Source of the DNA: Octopus bimaculoides
Taxonomy: Eukaryota
DNA length: 64,000 bases
Direction: 5' to 3'
Assembly: GCF_001194135.2 (NCBI RefSeq)
Contig: NC_068985.1
Location: 104,751,533 to 104,815,532, forward strand
Made by a program: the position numbers and the translations under genes. Of this stretch, positions 38,188-51,282 are shown piece after piece. Numbering within the stretch: position 1 is the stretch's first letter; each line of letters opens with the position of its first letter. The notes below the pieces were generated by a model. It worked only from the letters and a program-made list of their open reading frames with translations, searched no databases and was not told the DNA's origin.

Positions 38188-39114
38188 CTAAGACATTAAA
38201 AAAAAACAAAAAAACAACCAGATACTAAATTCTAAATCATCATCATCACTGTAATCATGATCCCACACATACAAATTTCCATGATGGCATCAGATAAACA
38301 GACAAAGTAACCTAAACAAGAAAGATGGCGTTAATAGCAGTATACCAAAAAGAATAATAATACAGTTATTTTGATTAATTTACTGAATATGACACCAAAA
38401 AACTTTCATGTATTGAAACAAAGGAGAAATGTTGCTGTTTCCAACTTCAATCACACCTGATTTGATATCAACTGTAAGCCTTGTCCAACATATGTGAACA
38501 TATGTGAATGCTCAACACACTATACCTTTTTAGCAGGAAACCACTATAAAGTAAATATTAACTTGCCATAAACTGAACTGCTCACTGAAGGTATCTGACA
38601 TACACTGCCGTAATTCTCTATTTCAACAAACAAGCAAACTCTAGAAGACCAAGAAAAACACACAAATACATATGTTACACATTGTTTGTTGTTGACAGGG
38701 AAGTGACAAAAAATCTTTTATTTCTTACTAATCTAAGTATAGAGTATAGGAAATAAATATGATAGTGATAAATTCCATGGGAAATTAAACATACTGACAA
38801 GCAGATCAAAGAAAAACAAGGTCATTAACCATATTGCAAACGATAGCTAAGTCACAGCTTTACAGTAGTGCACATGTCAAGCCGCTACCAATGATCCTTT
38901 ACAGATCTTTTTTAACAGGAAAAAAGTAGTCGATTTAACACAAATCAGTATATCATGTTTACTTCATACATCTCAACAGCATAAATGCCAACACTGATCT
39001 CTTCAGACTATTGAAAATAAGATTTTAAGATACTAAATCCTTTCTCACATTTCCCTCTACCCTTGTCACCATGACAAAAACCTTGAATTTGTTTCAAAGT
39101 TGAAGCAAATGAAC

Positions 39115-39347
39115 CACTTTTTTGTGGCCGTTGCCAGTACCGCCTGACTGGCATTCGTGCCAGTGGCACGTAAAAGCACCCACTACACTCTCTGAGTGGT
39201 TGGCGTTAGGAAGGACATCCAGCTGTAGAAACTCTACCAAATCAGATTGGAGCCTGGTATAGCCATCTGGTTTCACCAGTCCTCAGTCAAATCATCCAAC
39301 CCATGCTAGCATGGAAAGCGGACGTTAAACGACGATGATGATGATGA
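39115..39347 (+). mobile_element. RTE LINE 3' tail
   Basis: Family tail ending GGACGTTAAACGACGATGATGATGATG. Confidence 0.85.
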
Positions 39348-40263
39348 AGAGTACCCTTTGAAATGTCATAGATTCTATCCTCCACCAAGCCCAATCCATC
39401 ACGCATATTTCCACACCTTCACCACACATTTGCTTGACCAATGTCTGGATTCCCTTATCCCTCACACTTCACCTTACAACTTAACAGCTTCAGTACAGCA
39501 TCCTTTGCAAATTGCACTTTCTGCTTATCAAACACCCACAACCACTCCTATCTTTCCTTGAGTTTTCATTTCCATCCTTCAAAAGGGGTAAAAGTCTATA
39601 CAGCCTTCTAGAAAGTAACAGTATCCACTCCCCCAACTAATCATACCCAGCCAAGCACTTCCATGTGTTGCCAAAATCAATGCCTTATTTGTCCCTTCAT
39701 TTCTCATAGATTTCCATACATATCCTCTAATTAGAGGAAAAATACACCTCACATTTCTGCCTATAAAGATGGGTCAACCAGCCTTGAAATATATCAGGAT
39801 AAAACTCATTTATTTTCTGAGTGCAGAGAGAACAAAATGTATTAACAGTTGCTCTCTTCCTCTCTCAAGCAGGAGAGCATTATAAACTATAGTCTAATTA
39901 CTGTGGACTAAATTCATCTTAGATTTTCTGATACATATTATCTATGCATAAAATATTAATTTTTTAATAACACCACAAATTAGTCAGCTACTTCAGCTTC
40001 GTCCTGATTTATACTTGATTTAAATAGTGACTGTTATCAAATTCTCTTCATAAGTAGAAGGATGAAATGCACTTATCCTCTAAAGAATGGCCAACCAGCC
40101 TTGAAACATATCAGGACCATCTTTACTTTTTTGTGTGCAAAGACAATAAGAAGTATTTACATTTGATTACTTTCTATAGCATGGCTGTTATAAACTGCAG
40201 GCAAACAAGATTAAATTTAACTAAGATTTTCTAATACACATTGTGATTTCAATATCTATACAT

Positions 40264-40294
<31 letters not shown>

Positions 40295-40483
40295 TATATA
40301 CATGTAGAGAAAGAAAGAGAGAAAGGAGTGGAGGTAGGGTGCTGTAGTTTGCTTGAAGCATTACAGAACATGTAGAAAGTCAATGTGTTACAGAAGGATA
40401 TAGCAATGCAGAGTGAATGTTGAATATCAGTAATCATAATTACAAAGATATTGAAATGTTGCATTAGAAATATTTACTTGGTC

Positions 40484-40837
40484 CTGATGTTTTGAGTAAA
40501 ATACCCCTTTACAAAGGCATTAAGTGAACAGAAACCTAGACTGGTAAGAGTTCTACAGGCCTGTAAGGCAATTTACCTAGAATGTCACTCTAATGTAAAA
40601 CCTACAATTTGCTGGTCACTACAACCACCTTAGCTTGCTGAGCCACTATGGTCAAACCTCCAAGTCAAAAGAGTGCCATCTATCAATCAAACAGTGAACA
40701 AAAGGATGAAAAAAAATAGACACCCATTAGGTTGGTATGCTGATGAATTGTCATGACAACCTAATGGACTTGTAATTTATCTCTTTCTCTTGTTCTCTAA
40801 ATGATTACATAAAGGTGTATTTTACTCAAAACATCAG
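40484..40837. mobile_element. Putative MITE with 28-bp inverted repeats
   Basis: CTGATGTTTTGAGTAAAATACCCCTTTA (40484-40511) versus its reverse complement at 40810-40837, 1 mismatch. TSD not identified. Confidence 0.5.
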
Positions 40838-43800
40838 AACCGAACAAGTATTTCTAAGATAAAACTGCAATATCTTTGTTGATGGCGTTATTGATATTTA
40901 ATGTTCGATCTGCATTGCTACAGCCTTCTATAACACACCGATTTATATACATATACACACATACACATTAGCTTGCATTACATATAAGCTACAATGACAT
41001 GAATAACTTTGTACATTTTCCCAGCTAGATTGGTTGTTTTCCAACCAGTTCATCAATATGAATGATAACAATCTCTTTGTGAATCACTGATTAGAAACCT
41101 GCTTTAAACAATCAGCAACCCTCAACAGCTAATAACAATTACTAACATTTACAAACAATATTTTTTATGTAAAACATTGACCTAAAGTCTATAGAATTTT
41201 ATTTATTTTTTTCTACTTATAAGTAGCTTTTTATTAAAAAAGGTAATGTATGACAAGGTAGCATTGTATATACATATATGCAAACATAAATGTGCATTTT
41301 AAAAAAATATCAGGAATAACAGAGCAGTTTTCTGAGCAATTTTGCATACGAAGTTACCTGATAGATGTTCAACAGAATATTCAACAACCTAACCACCTAA
41401 AAGTTTTAGTCACCTATTTTTAAAATACTCTAATTATTTTCTTTAGCTAATGGACAAATGCAATATGACAGCCAAATAGCATTTAGCAGAGAATCTTAAT
41501 TTTGATACTACCAAATTAAAGATTAAGAATCTCAATAAATTGTAGTTTGTAATTACATTGATTTCTAATCAAACTCACTGTAAAAGTAATCCTATCAAGC
41601 AGCTCAGACCTAACACACATTTTTGCAGTTGTTTTTTTTCCTTTTTTTTAACCTGTTTTTCTATCAAATGAATTGCACTTCAATTCATATCTACTAATAT
41701 TCAATATATTTTAAGTTTAATTATTAAAATTTTTTTTTTTTTTAATCAAGCAGTATGTATGTTTGTGGGTGTCTGCATGCATGAATGCTTTCATCAGATA
41801 TTACCTACAGAAACACTGCCAAGAACAATAAATAACCAAATAAATCAATTTTAAAAATTAAAAATAACAGGTTGAAAGTAATTCTAATACTCTCATTAAT
41901 AAAACTGTAAATACTAGTATCTAAACTTATTAATTTACAATTGATTTTTTTTTTTTTTTATATTTTTCCATATTAATTTCCATGCTAATAATATGAGAAG
42001 TTTATTTAACTTTTTTTTGTTCCCATATGTCTGTTGAAATACACTGCCTTTCTTTCAAATTAATTTTTAAAATAATGATGAGTTTAGTAAAATAATTTTA
42101 TCATTATGAAACAGGTGTTTGGAACATAAATTAATGTGGAATTTTAATGAAAGATTTTAATTTAGATCATTTTAAACAGGAAGTTTGTGTTTAGAACAAG
42201 ATGTGGCCTTAGATGGGTTGGTAACAAAAGGGTTAATACTGTCATATTAAACACGCCAGTTATTTTTCTAGGTTATCATTATGAATACCATACATGTCAG
42301 TGTATATATGATGGACTCTTAACCTTAAAAAAGAAAAGAAACACAAGAGATCATCTTACACATAAGTATAAAATCTGAACCTAAACATCATGTGATTTAG
42401 TGGATCCCAACACCAATAGTCTTAATTCTCAATATTTTCTATTGAAACTTAGAAGTAGGTTTGTGAAACTAGAATAGTAATACAGTTTGAAATAAGAATA
42501 ATAAAAATGTTGTACAAGTCTATTAAACATAGCTTAAGATAACAGCACAGCAGCCTTAAGCTGACATACACCTGTTGGGTACATTTGACATATATTATGG
42601 TAAGTAGCTAACATTCTTACCATTATTTAAAATGGACTGCCTAAATTTTGCTAACCAAGACTACTGTCACTTAGAAGTGTACTAAACAGCATCAGTCCAC
42701 AGTTTTAATAACTATTATAGATAACAATTGTTGATTTTGCTTCAGTGTATACTAAAACATACCTAAAAAAAAAACTCGTTAGTATCTATCTTGGGAAAAC
42801 TTCTCAAACACTGAACCAAAACCAACACTTATTGTGAAATACTGTTAGATAGTTTATACAGCAAGTATAGCTCGAAACTACATTTTAAATAGAATTTCAG
42901 TAAGTATTCTTTCATACATAGTCACCTTATACACTGGCATTTATGATCTAGTGAGTACCACTTCAAGTTTTAACTCTGTAAAGCTCAAGTTGTTCACAAA
43001 ATTCATATTTGTCTTTGGTCATTTGAGGAATTTCCTTATATATATATTTCTCTAATTAACAATCATTTATCTAAAAGATACCTTTTGGTCTCCATTTCTT
43101 CAAAACATTCATTCAGCACATACTGATTCTTTTGCTTCTTAAAAAAATATGTTTGTCATATATGGTATTAATACAGAGTCCAAAAGCATTTTCCCTTTCT
43201 CCCCTGAAATATATCAACTTTATCTTTATAGNNNNNNNNNNATATATATATAAATCTCATGCCAGTATATCTACACATTCATCTCTCTCTCTCTCTCTGT
43301 ATGCACTATGTTTGACAATTATAATCACAAATGGTGATTTAACACTGTACGGGAGGCCATTAGAAAACGACCAAATTGATAGGAAAAAGGAAACTGGACT
43401 TGTGTGAACATCATTTTCAAAAACATCTAACAAGCATGACAAAAATCTCCATAGAAACTGTTTTTCTTTTAAGTGGAAAAGAAAAAAAATCACTTCAAAG
43501 GTAGCTATTTTTATAATTTAGTTTTGGTTATCTAAAGAAGACAAAGTCTTCTATCATTTTAATAACTAAATTCCAGGATGTTAAAAGTTTCCAGAAAGAT
43601 GAAGTTTTTAAAATTTAACTCGATATAATATGAAAATAATTTGTGATCACAAAATTAGATTGAAAATTATGAAATACAGATATAGGCTGGGCTGCAGCTA
43701 TGATTTGAGGTTCAGTAATCATCAACATTATCACCTGGGCCATCTTAACAGTATTATAAGCCCTTGGGAAAATCAGAGCACTGGACTTTATAGTATTTGT

Positions 43801-44077
43801 TTATTGATAAGCCACAACATAGATCAAAATTGGGTCCCTACACACATGAAGCTCCCAGGCAAATCAGTGCACTGGGCCTTATAGTATTTATTTATTTATT
43901 TATTGACAACAAGCGAAAACATACAGAGATAAGAACTGGGCCTCCAGACTTGTGAGGCCTCTGGGCAACTAGCCAAAGTGCCCATGCCTTAAGATAACAA
44001 TACATGTCAGAGCAAGTGTCTCCTACTTATATAGCCTTCAAAGAGAATTTATTGATACAATTGTATTGCATAATGTG

Positions 44078-44171
44078 TGGAGGCATGCAATGCCCCAATG
44101 GTTAGGGCAGTGGACTCGTGGTCAAAGGATTGCGGTTTCAATTCCCAGACCAGGCATTTTGAGTGTTTATT
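44078..44171 (+). mobile_element. Family C SINE head only, fused to a mariner remnant
   Basis: TGGAGGCATGCAATGCCCCAATGGTTAGGGCAGTGGACTCGTGGTC...GAGTGTTTATT, then mariner sequence. Confidence 0.8.
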
Positions 44172-45150
44172 CAATAAGCATCAGCCAGTGTCAATGGTGG
44201 TTCCAGAAATTCCAAGCAGGAAACTACAGCCTAGGAGATGAGCTTTGTCCTGGAAGATCTGTAGAGCTCAACGATGATGTCCTGCAAGCCCTGGTGGAAC
44301 AAAATCCCATCATAACTGTTGAGGAACTAGCAGAGAAGCTTGGATTTGGTTATTCAACCATTCACTGACACCTGCATGCCATCAGAAAAGTCAGCAAATT
44401 GGGTCAATGGGTTCCTCACAAACTTTCCAAGTCTAATCATGTGCAGAGAGTGAATGTTTGCTCTTCTTTCCTGTTACATTTCATAAATGAACCTTTTTTG
44501 GACCAAAGAGTGACTGGTGATGAGAAATGGGTTCTCTATAAAAATGTTAAACACCAAAGAGAGTCGGTAGGGAAAGAAGAAACACCAGCACCCCGGGCTA
44601 AAGGGCTTCAACCACACAAGGTATTGTTATCTGTTTGGTGGGATATGAAAGGTTTAGTCCACTTTGAACTTTTAAACTCAAACCAAAAGATAACAAAGGA
44701 GATCTGCTACGAGCAGCTTGAGCCGTTTAAGTCAGCACTAGAAGAAAAATGACCATCTTTGCTTTCAAGACGAAAGGTGTTCTTCCATCAGGATAATTCT
44801 CAACCACATAGAGCGAGGATGATATTCCAAAGGCTGGAGCAGTTTGAATGGAAAATGATGCCCCACCCACCATATTTGGCAGACAGTGCTCCATCTGATT
44901 ATCATTTATTCTGCAGTTATCAAAATCATTTGGACAGAAAAAATATGAATTCTACAGAAGAGGTCAGAACAGTACTGGAGGAGTATGTTTTGTCACAGAC
45001 AAGTGAATTTTAGAAGAGGGGCCTTACAAGTCTACCAGATAGATGTAAGAGCATTGTAGAAAATGAAGGAGAGTATATTTTAGATTAAAAAAGAACTTTA
45101 TCTTAATTTTGAAAAATAAAAGAAGTATTAAAAAAAAACTGCATTATTTA
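44172..45150 (+). pseudogene. Mariner (DD34D) transposase pseudogene with 3' end
   Basis: One frame with WVPHKL, VTGDEKW, FHQDN-(34 aa)-APSDYHLF. Two in-frame TGA stops, 5' end missing, and the 3' end runs into an N gap/(TA)n. Confidence 0.92.
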
Positions 45151-45160
45151 NNNNNNNNNN

Positions 45161-45203
<43 letters not shown>

Positions 45204-48200
45204 GCTTTGCTTAAGCTAAACAGTGTTAAATTTACATTCCTTAGATATTTTATGACTGTTGGTCACTAAGCTTTTACAAAGTTAATGGAATAACAAATCC
45301 CTTACTTGAAAAATAGGTAAGGGTTTGCAACAGTAAAAGTACCCGGCTATAAGATCCTGCTTCAAATATGTCCCCATCAAACTCATGTAAACATGGAAAA
45401 ACCGCATTAAAAATAAAATCAAATGAACAAAAATAAAACAAAACTAATTATTGTTTTGCCTTTTAAAAAAATGGGTTGTAAAAATAGCTTACTTTACAAA
45501 ATTCATCAATTAATAAGACATCTTCCTTTTTATAAAACTCATTTATTAAAATTGGTATTTAGCAGGTGATGAAATGAAATGTTTTAAACTGTATCCATAG
45601 CACACACACAAACACAAACATGCACAATCTTGCTAGAATAGGTCAGTGACAAGAATTTAGGTCACTATATACCATTGGTTACATTGGAGAAAGGTTTAAC
45701 AAGTACAACTATCCTTACTAGTTGTTGGCTTTTAAAATGGTATTTTGTTCAAACTCTGAAAGGGTCAACAGTACCACCAACAGATCATTGTCAAGGAAAA
45801 CAGAAAAAAAATTGTATTTTCAGCTATTATAAATGAAATCTTGAGAAAAGCTAATAGCTACAACATTTTGTTCATAACATTTCATCTACAAAAAATATAC
45901 ACATACCAAATTGTGCATGCATCTAATCACACCCACACATGAAACATGAAAGGAAGTGACATCCAAGATGATTAGTCAAAGAGGAATTAACTGTGTAGAA
46001 AATATTAATTTAATCACAGCCACTTTTTAAACTTGTTGCAACCCATAACAGAGAGAGTGGGGAGCAAGAGAGAGGGGATTATAAGGAAATACTCCTCTAA
46101 ACTGCACTGTCTTTCTATTTGAATGAGTACCAGGAAGTACAGAAGTTAAAAAGATTTATCAATATAATTATCATTGTCATCATTCTTTTCCCATACTGGC
46201 ATGGGTTGGATGTTTTGGCAAGATCCAGCAAGGGCTGTATTGAGCTCTGATGTCAGCTTTGGCATGGCTTTTATGACCAGATGCCATTTGTAACACCAAC
46301 CACTTTACAGTGTGTGTGGTGGTGTTTTTTTTTTTTATATTTTGTTGGGGCTTTTTCCACTGGCATTAGTGAGGTTGCCTAGTAACTTGCAAAACAGGAA
46401 AAACTAAGCTGAGGTGGGGGAGAATATATTCATATTTACATTATGACATTTAGTTTTTTATGCTTTAAATAAATCTATCTTGCAAATGAGAGACTGTGTA
46501 CAGCCTTCAAATACAAAATCAAATTAACTGTAAGCACATGCATACACTCAGCTGACCAGGAAATCAAGCATGCAAAGAATGCTGGACTCCTTCTGCCTAA
46601 GAAAGAAGCTACCATTTCAAACTTTTCACTTTGCTGGACAAACCTTTTAACAGAGTGATAATAAAACAGTTGACCACCTCTACCAACCAGTATTAGCAGA
46701 GCACTTGACCTTTCAAATCAATGCATTCCAATGAACCTGCATCTTCATCTCACCACTGTGGCTGTCCCAGCACATCCCTAACCCAATGGCTGAAACTGGA
46801 ACAAGTTTTTTGACCAATAACAATATTACCAGTTTTTAGACTAAAACTATCACCTTTAAAAGATGATATACTTTTCTTAATTTATATCTACACAAAGTTT
46901 CAATTATTTGGTCTCTGATTATAATCAAATGTCTTAATTACTAGAATAGTAATGCTCAAAGTATTAAACTAGTTTTGTTCTTAAATATATCATCATCATC
47001 ATCAATTATACATACACTTTTCATGCTTGAATATGTCACACAATTTGAGGTGGATTTTCTAAGGCTGAATGCTCTTCCTGCTGCAGTGAACTAGTTTTCA
47101 AGTAAAATAATATTTCCTCAAAGTTAGACATGTTTACACAAAAAATTGAAAATGAAGGATATTACTTGAATGATAGTGACAAGGAAATACAAGCACACAC
47201 ACACACACACACACACACAATGGGCTTCTGTCAGTTTACATCTGCCAAATCCAGGACCAGGGATTATAACAGCAGACACTTATGAACTCAAAACCATGTG
47301 GTTGAGAAGCAACCTCCTTAACCACGCAGTCATTCATACACTACATAGTACTGAAATAATAACTGAGAAATTTACTTTAAGATGGTTAGGTACCAGCTGT
47401 TAATATAGCTGGACTTTATTTGGTAATGGTATAGGCTACTGCTTCTATTTTCTTGTTAGTGCTGTCAGCTTCTCATGATAAATGTTCAACACCATAGGCT
47501 GTATGTATTAGAGATATAAAGTTAACAGTAATAGCTCAGCTTGGCTATAGGCTCATATAAAGAGTACTTACAATGCTAACACATAATTTACTGGCAATAA
47601 TTAGATGCTAGCTTGTAGTTTTATTACTTTTATAGCTGCCTGGGGTAGACATTTAACTCTCTTAGATATAAATTCACACAACAAAAGCTGGCATTATCCC
47701 TTATAACATCTCAACTGTATCAGTGTCAATGATTAGATGAACATTGGAAAGTATAGCAATATGACACCAAAACATCAACAATAAGAGACGTAGAAATGAC
47801 AAAAATGAATAAACCAAGTGCAATGCTGGAAATTTGAAAAGATAAACTACAGAGTCATGAAAGATGTTATGCATTAAGGAGTGCAGCTGCAGTATATGTT
47901 CAACCAATGCAATAGTATGAATGCAAGACAATGTTCTGGAACAAAGCAAGAAGTATTAGTCAGTGAGTAATATTTTTCACCCCCTCATTGCATGCTTTCT
48001 TGTCTAGTTAGCTTTTTGGTATTCTTTGCATTAAATATGTAAACACAAACTTAATTATTTCCTCTTGCAGATGGCATCTAATATTAAACTGTTCTCTGAA
48101 CATTTCTATTTTTGTATGCCAACCTTATGCATTGACTTAATGATTCTCTCATCACCACTTCAGCATATACAATGAAGTCTATGCTTCACAGAGGAGGTCT

Positions 48201-48434
48201 AATGAGAGTCAAACATCTCCAGAGTTGTCTCCCATACTTGTCAAACATTTCAATATTAGTCACTGACTGATACTCCTTGTTTTCCTCTCAAGCATAATTT
48301 GTTTCTAATTAGCTATTTAATGACATCATTAATGTGTGTACTATTTTCTAGAGATCTATTTCATGGCATTATATAAACACTAACTTAACTATAAATCATG
48401 ATTCTCTCTCTTTCTCTCCCTCTTTATTTTTTTG

Positions 48435-48465
<31 letters not shown>

Positions 48466-50162
48466 CATACATACATACATACATGTCACGTAAGCAATAA
48501 TTAATGCAATCCAGATTGAAACAACACTGATAACTAGCTAAACTAATCTATATTGAATATTAATACTATTTGCGGTAATATCTATTTTATTAATAAATTT
48601 ATTGATTCCCTGTAATATATAAATGTGAATACTCCACACACACACACACACTCACCTATACCTCTTACAAATTACTTCAACAGTGGCAATGTGCATGACC
48701 TATTTGATCAGAGGTATTCATTAGCAGCTGCCCAGCTCCTTTGGGGAAGGGGATAGAAATAAAGGTATTTATTGTAACGCTAACTTTTCAAGTAATACAC
48801 AGCTACAATTTAAGAATCAAACCCAGGTTTCAGTCCACCAAGAGCTTATTACCTTTACGCGCAGTATTAACTATAGTTAAATGTTTATTAATTAACATGG
48901 TGGAAATGTACGTTTCATTTTCTAGCTAAGACGTGGCAAAAGCTAAAAGTAACAGATGTGTGTTGAGATGGTCTTATACCAACCGATAGGCTGTTAACAC
49001 ACGTTGTATAACAGCTGCCATCACAAACAAACTATAAATTTGGCGGTTGATAGCTGGCGTGTCAAAGACAGTTAAACCCATTAGTTAGTAATTGAAAGAA
49101 CAGTACTGAAACTATATTATTGTTGTGTAACAAATACAAAGGCTGAACAACGCAATCAATGCATTTTTACATTTAAAAGCGTTTGTGTAGATCCGTCTAT
49201 CTATCCACACATACATATAAACAATGAAAACTATTTTTCTCCAATCCTACCTAAACCTGATTTTTTTTTGTTTTTTGTTTTTTTTAAGTAATAGAGATTT
49301 CCCAAAGGCTTTAGATTTATAGTGAAGAAATAGGACGCTGTGACGTTCAACCTTCCCCCAAGAGTCCTTGTATTGATTTTGTCGAGTTTCAAAAGATCGA
49401 AAAGCTTAACTGCCCTCGACACGAATTAAAAAATAGTGATTTCTTTAAAAAAAAAAAGAAAAAGAAAAAAAAAAGGTAAACAAATCGGTGGGTAAAATGG
49501 ATATTTCAATGTTTACACCTTTCTCAATGATTATTCAAATAAAATTGCTGCAACCAGGTTCGGAAATAAGCTACCGAATCGATTCGACAATAACAATCAC
49601 CTGCTAGATATATAAATATATTTTTAATGGCTAAGGCTATAATTATAAAACCAGATACGTGTCTACGTATGCAGGGAATACACTACAACACTTCACACCT
49701 ACAACTGAAAGCGTAAGTGTTTGATCGGAGATAGCGGGCTTACTCGACGTAAGTTTTTGACTGGATTATAAATCAGTAAATATCGATACCTTCAATTAAA
49801 ATAAGAACATTTAATTGATCAATTAAAGAATTTATTCGAAAGATTTCGTACCGAGGTGAAAATTTAGCCACGATGCAACAGTACAAACAAAATAGGATAT
49901 ATTAAGGAATTATATTAAAATAAACTGAACCAAATCATTCATTGGAACTGGTAGAGCTGCGAGCAAAATGCGTTGCTGTATGTCGATACGTTCTGAGTTC
50001 AAATCGCGCCGAGGGTGGTTTTGCTTTTCACTCTTTCTGTATTGATAAAGTGCCCATACAAGTGCCAGTCATATACGGTGTGGATTGAACTAATCACTTC
50101 CTCCCTATACATGTCATTTTAAGCCGAATTTTAAAACCGTAATTATTTTGATCGGAAGGCTG

Positions 50163-50385
50163 TAAGGTGACGAACTGGCAGAATCGTTAGCATTCCGGAT
50201 AAAATGCTTAGCGGCATTTCATCCATCTTTACGTTGTGAGTTCGAAGACCGCTGATGTCGACTTTGCCTGACATCCTTTCGAAGTCGATAAAATTAAGTA
50301 CTAGTTGAGTGCTGGGGGCGATGTAATCGACTAGTCTCCTCCCCCAAAATTTCAGGCCTTGTGCCTATAATAGAAAGGATTATTG
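50163..50385 (+). mobile_element. Family A (Nin/Deu-like) SINE, CpG-intact
   Basis: Full layout with 12 CpGs retained (counted). Confidence 0.88.
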
Positions 50386-50409
50386 GACGGTAGAGTTGAT
50401 TGACCTTAC

Positions 50410-50680
50410 CTAGTGTGCGCGTTGCTGGTTCTTATTTTGATCTAAAGAGATATTAACTCAAAACACGGCAGTATATATACCTGAGCCCGCTAATACCTGC
50501 GCTATCTTCAACAAAAATACGAGAAGTCCGGTTTGATTGAATGAAAGAAAAAAAAACACGCTCGAGAAATTACAATTGTTTGCTACTTTAGAAAAAAAAT
50601 AGAATCCGAATAAACTGGTGGTTGTTTGCAGTCGAGTAAAAACAAAAAGGCGGCGGAGGGGTGGAGAGAAATAGTTACAA
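50410..50680 (-). other. Candidate non-coding first exon of the minus-strand gene
   Basis: Strong donor CTAG|GTAAGG at 50410/50409 in a CpG-rich island. The start of the exon is approximate. Confidence 0.5.
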
Positions 50681-50810
50681 ACATTTGTAATACTGAATAA
50701 GTTCTTCAATCTCAAGGAGGACCTGCAACCTATAATTACATCGTGAGTGTTACAATGAAAAATGTAGATTATGCGCTGAAGATGTAGAGAAGCAAAACAC
50801 GTCGGGTGAC
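50640..50810. promoter_or_regulatory. Putative bidirectional promoter
   Basis: CpG-rich segment with GGCGGCGGAGGGG, lying between oppositely oriented donor sites at 50409 (-) and 50826 (+). Confidence 0.45.
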
Positions 50811-50825
50811 ATGTTGCATATTCAG
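50811..50825 (+). CDS. Plus-strand gene, coding exon 1 (MLHIQ)
   Basis: First in-frame ATG after TAA at 50733. Donor CAG|GTAGGC, phase 0. Confidence 0.45.
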
Positions 50826-51097
50826 GTAGGCTGAACTTACGCTACTCCTAGACATATTGCCTACACATTCTGTACCGTTTAGTTTGCTTCAGCAAAAATG
50901 ACCAACACACTACATACATACACACACACACACATTCATACGTTCAGATATAGAGACACTGACATATATAGAAGAGAGACAGAGAGCTCCTTTGTATGTA
51001 GTCGTTTGTTCAGTTCAATGTAGCAGCCAACAAACCTCTCGCAACAAACTTCTCACCATACTTAAAATGGTAATTTTTTACGTTCAAATCTTAATAG

Positions 51098-51282
51098 ACC
51101 TACATAACAAAACACAGGAAACCCCAAGCGCTACATCAGCAGAGATGGCCGGGACTGAGGCATGAAACAATTAAAGAAGTGGGGATTGATTTTACACAAA
51201 CACACGAATTGTTTTGTAATGAAAAGAATGGGAACATGTACCGTATTGAATGGATGCCGTATATAACCAGAACTGCGTGGGG
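51098..51282 (+). CDS. Plus-strand gene, exon 2
   Basis: TCTTAATAG| acceptor. 185 nt open frame TYITKHRKPQALHQQRWPGLRHETIKEVGIDFTQTHELFCNEKNGNMYRIEWMPYITRTAW(G). Donor GG|GTGAAA, phase 0 to 2. Confidence 0.6.
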
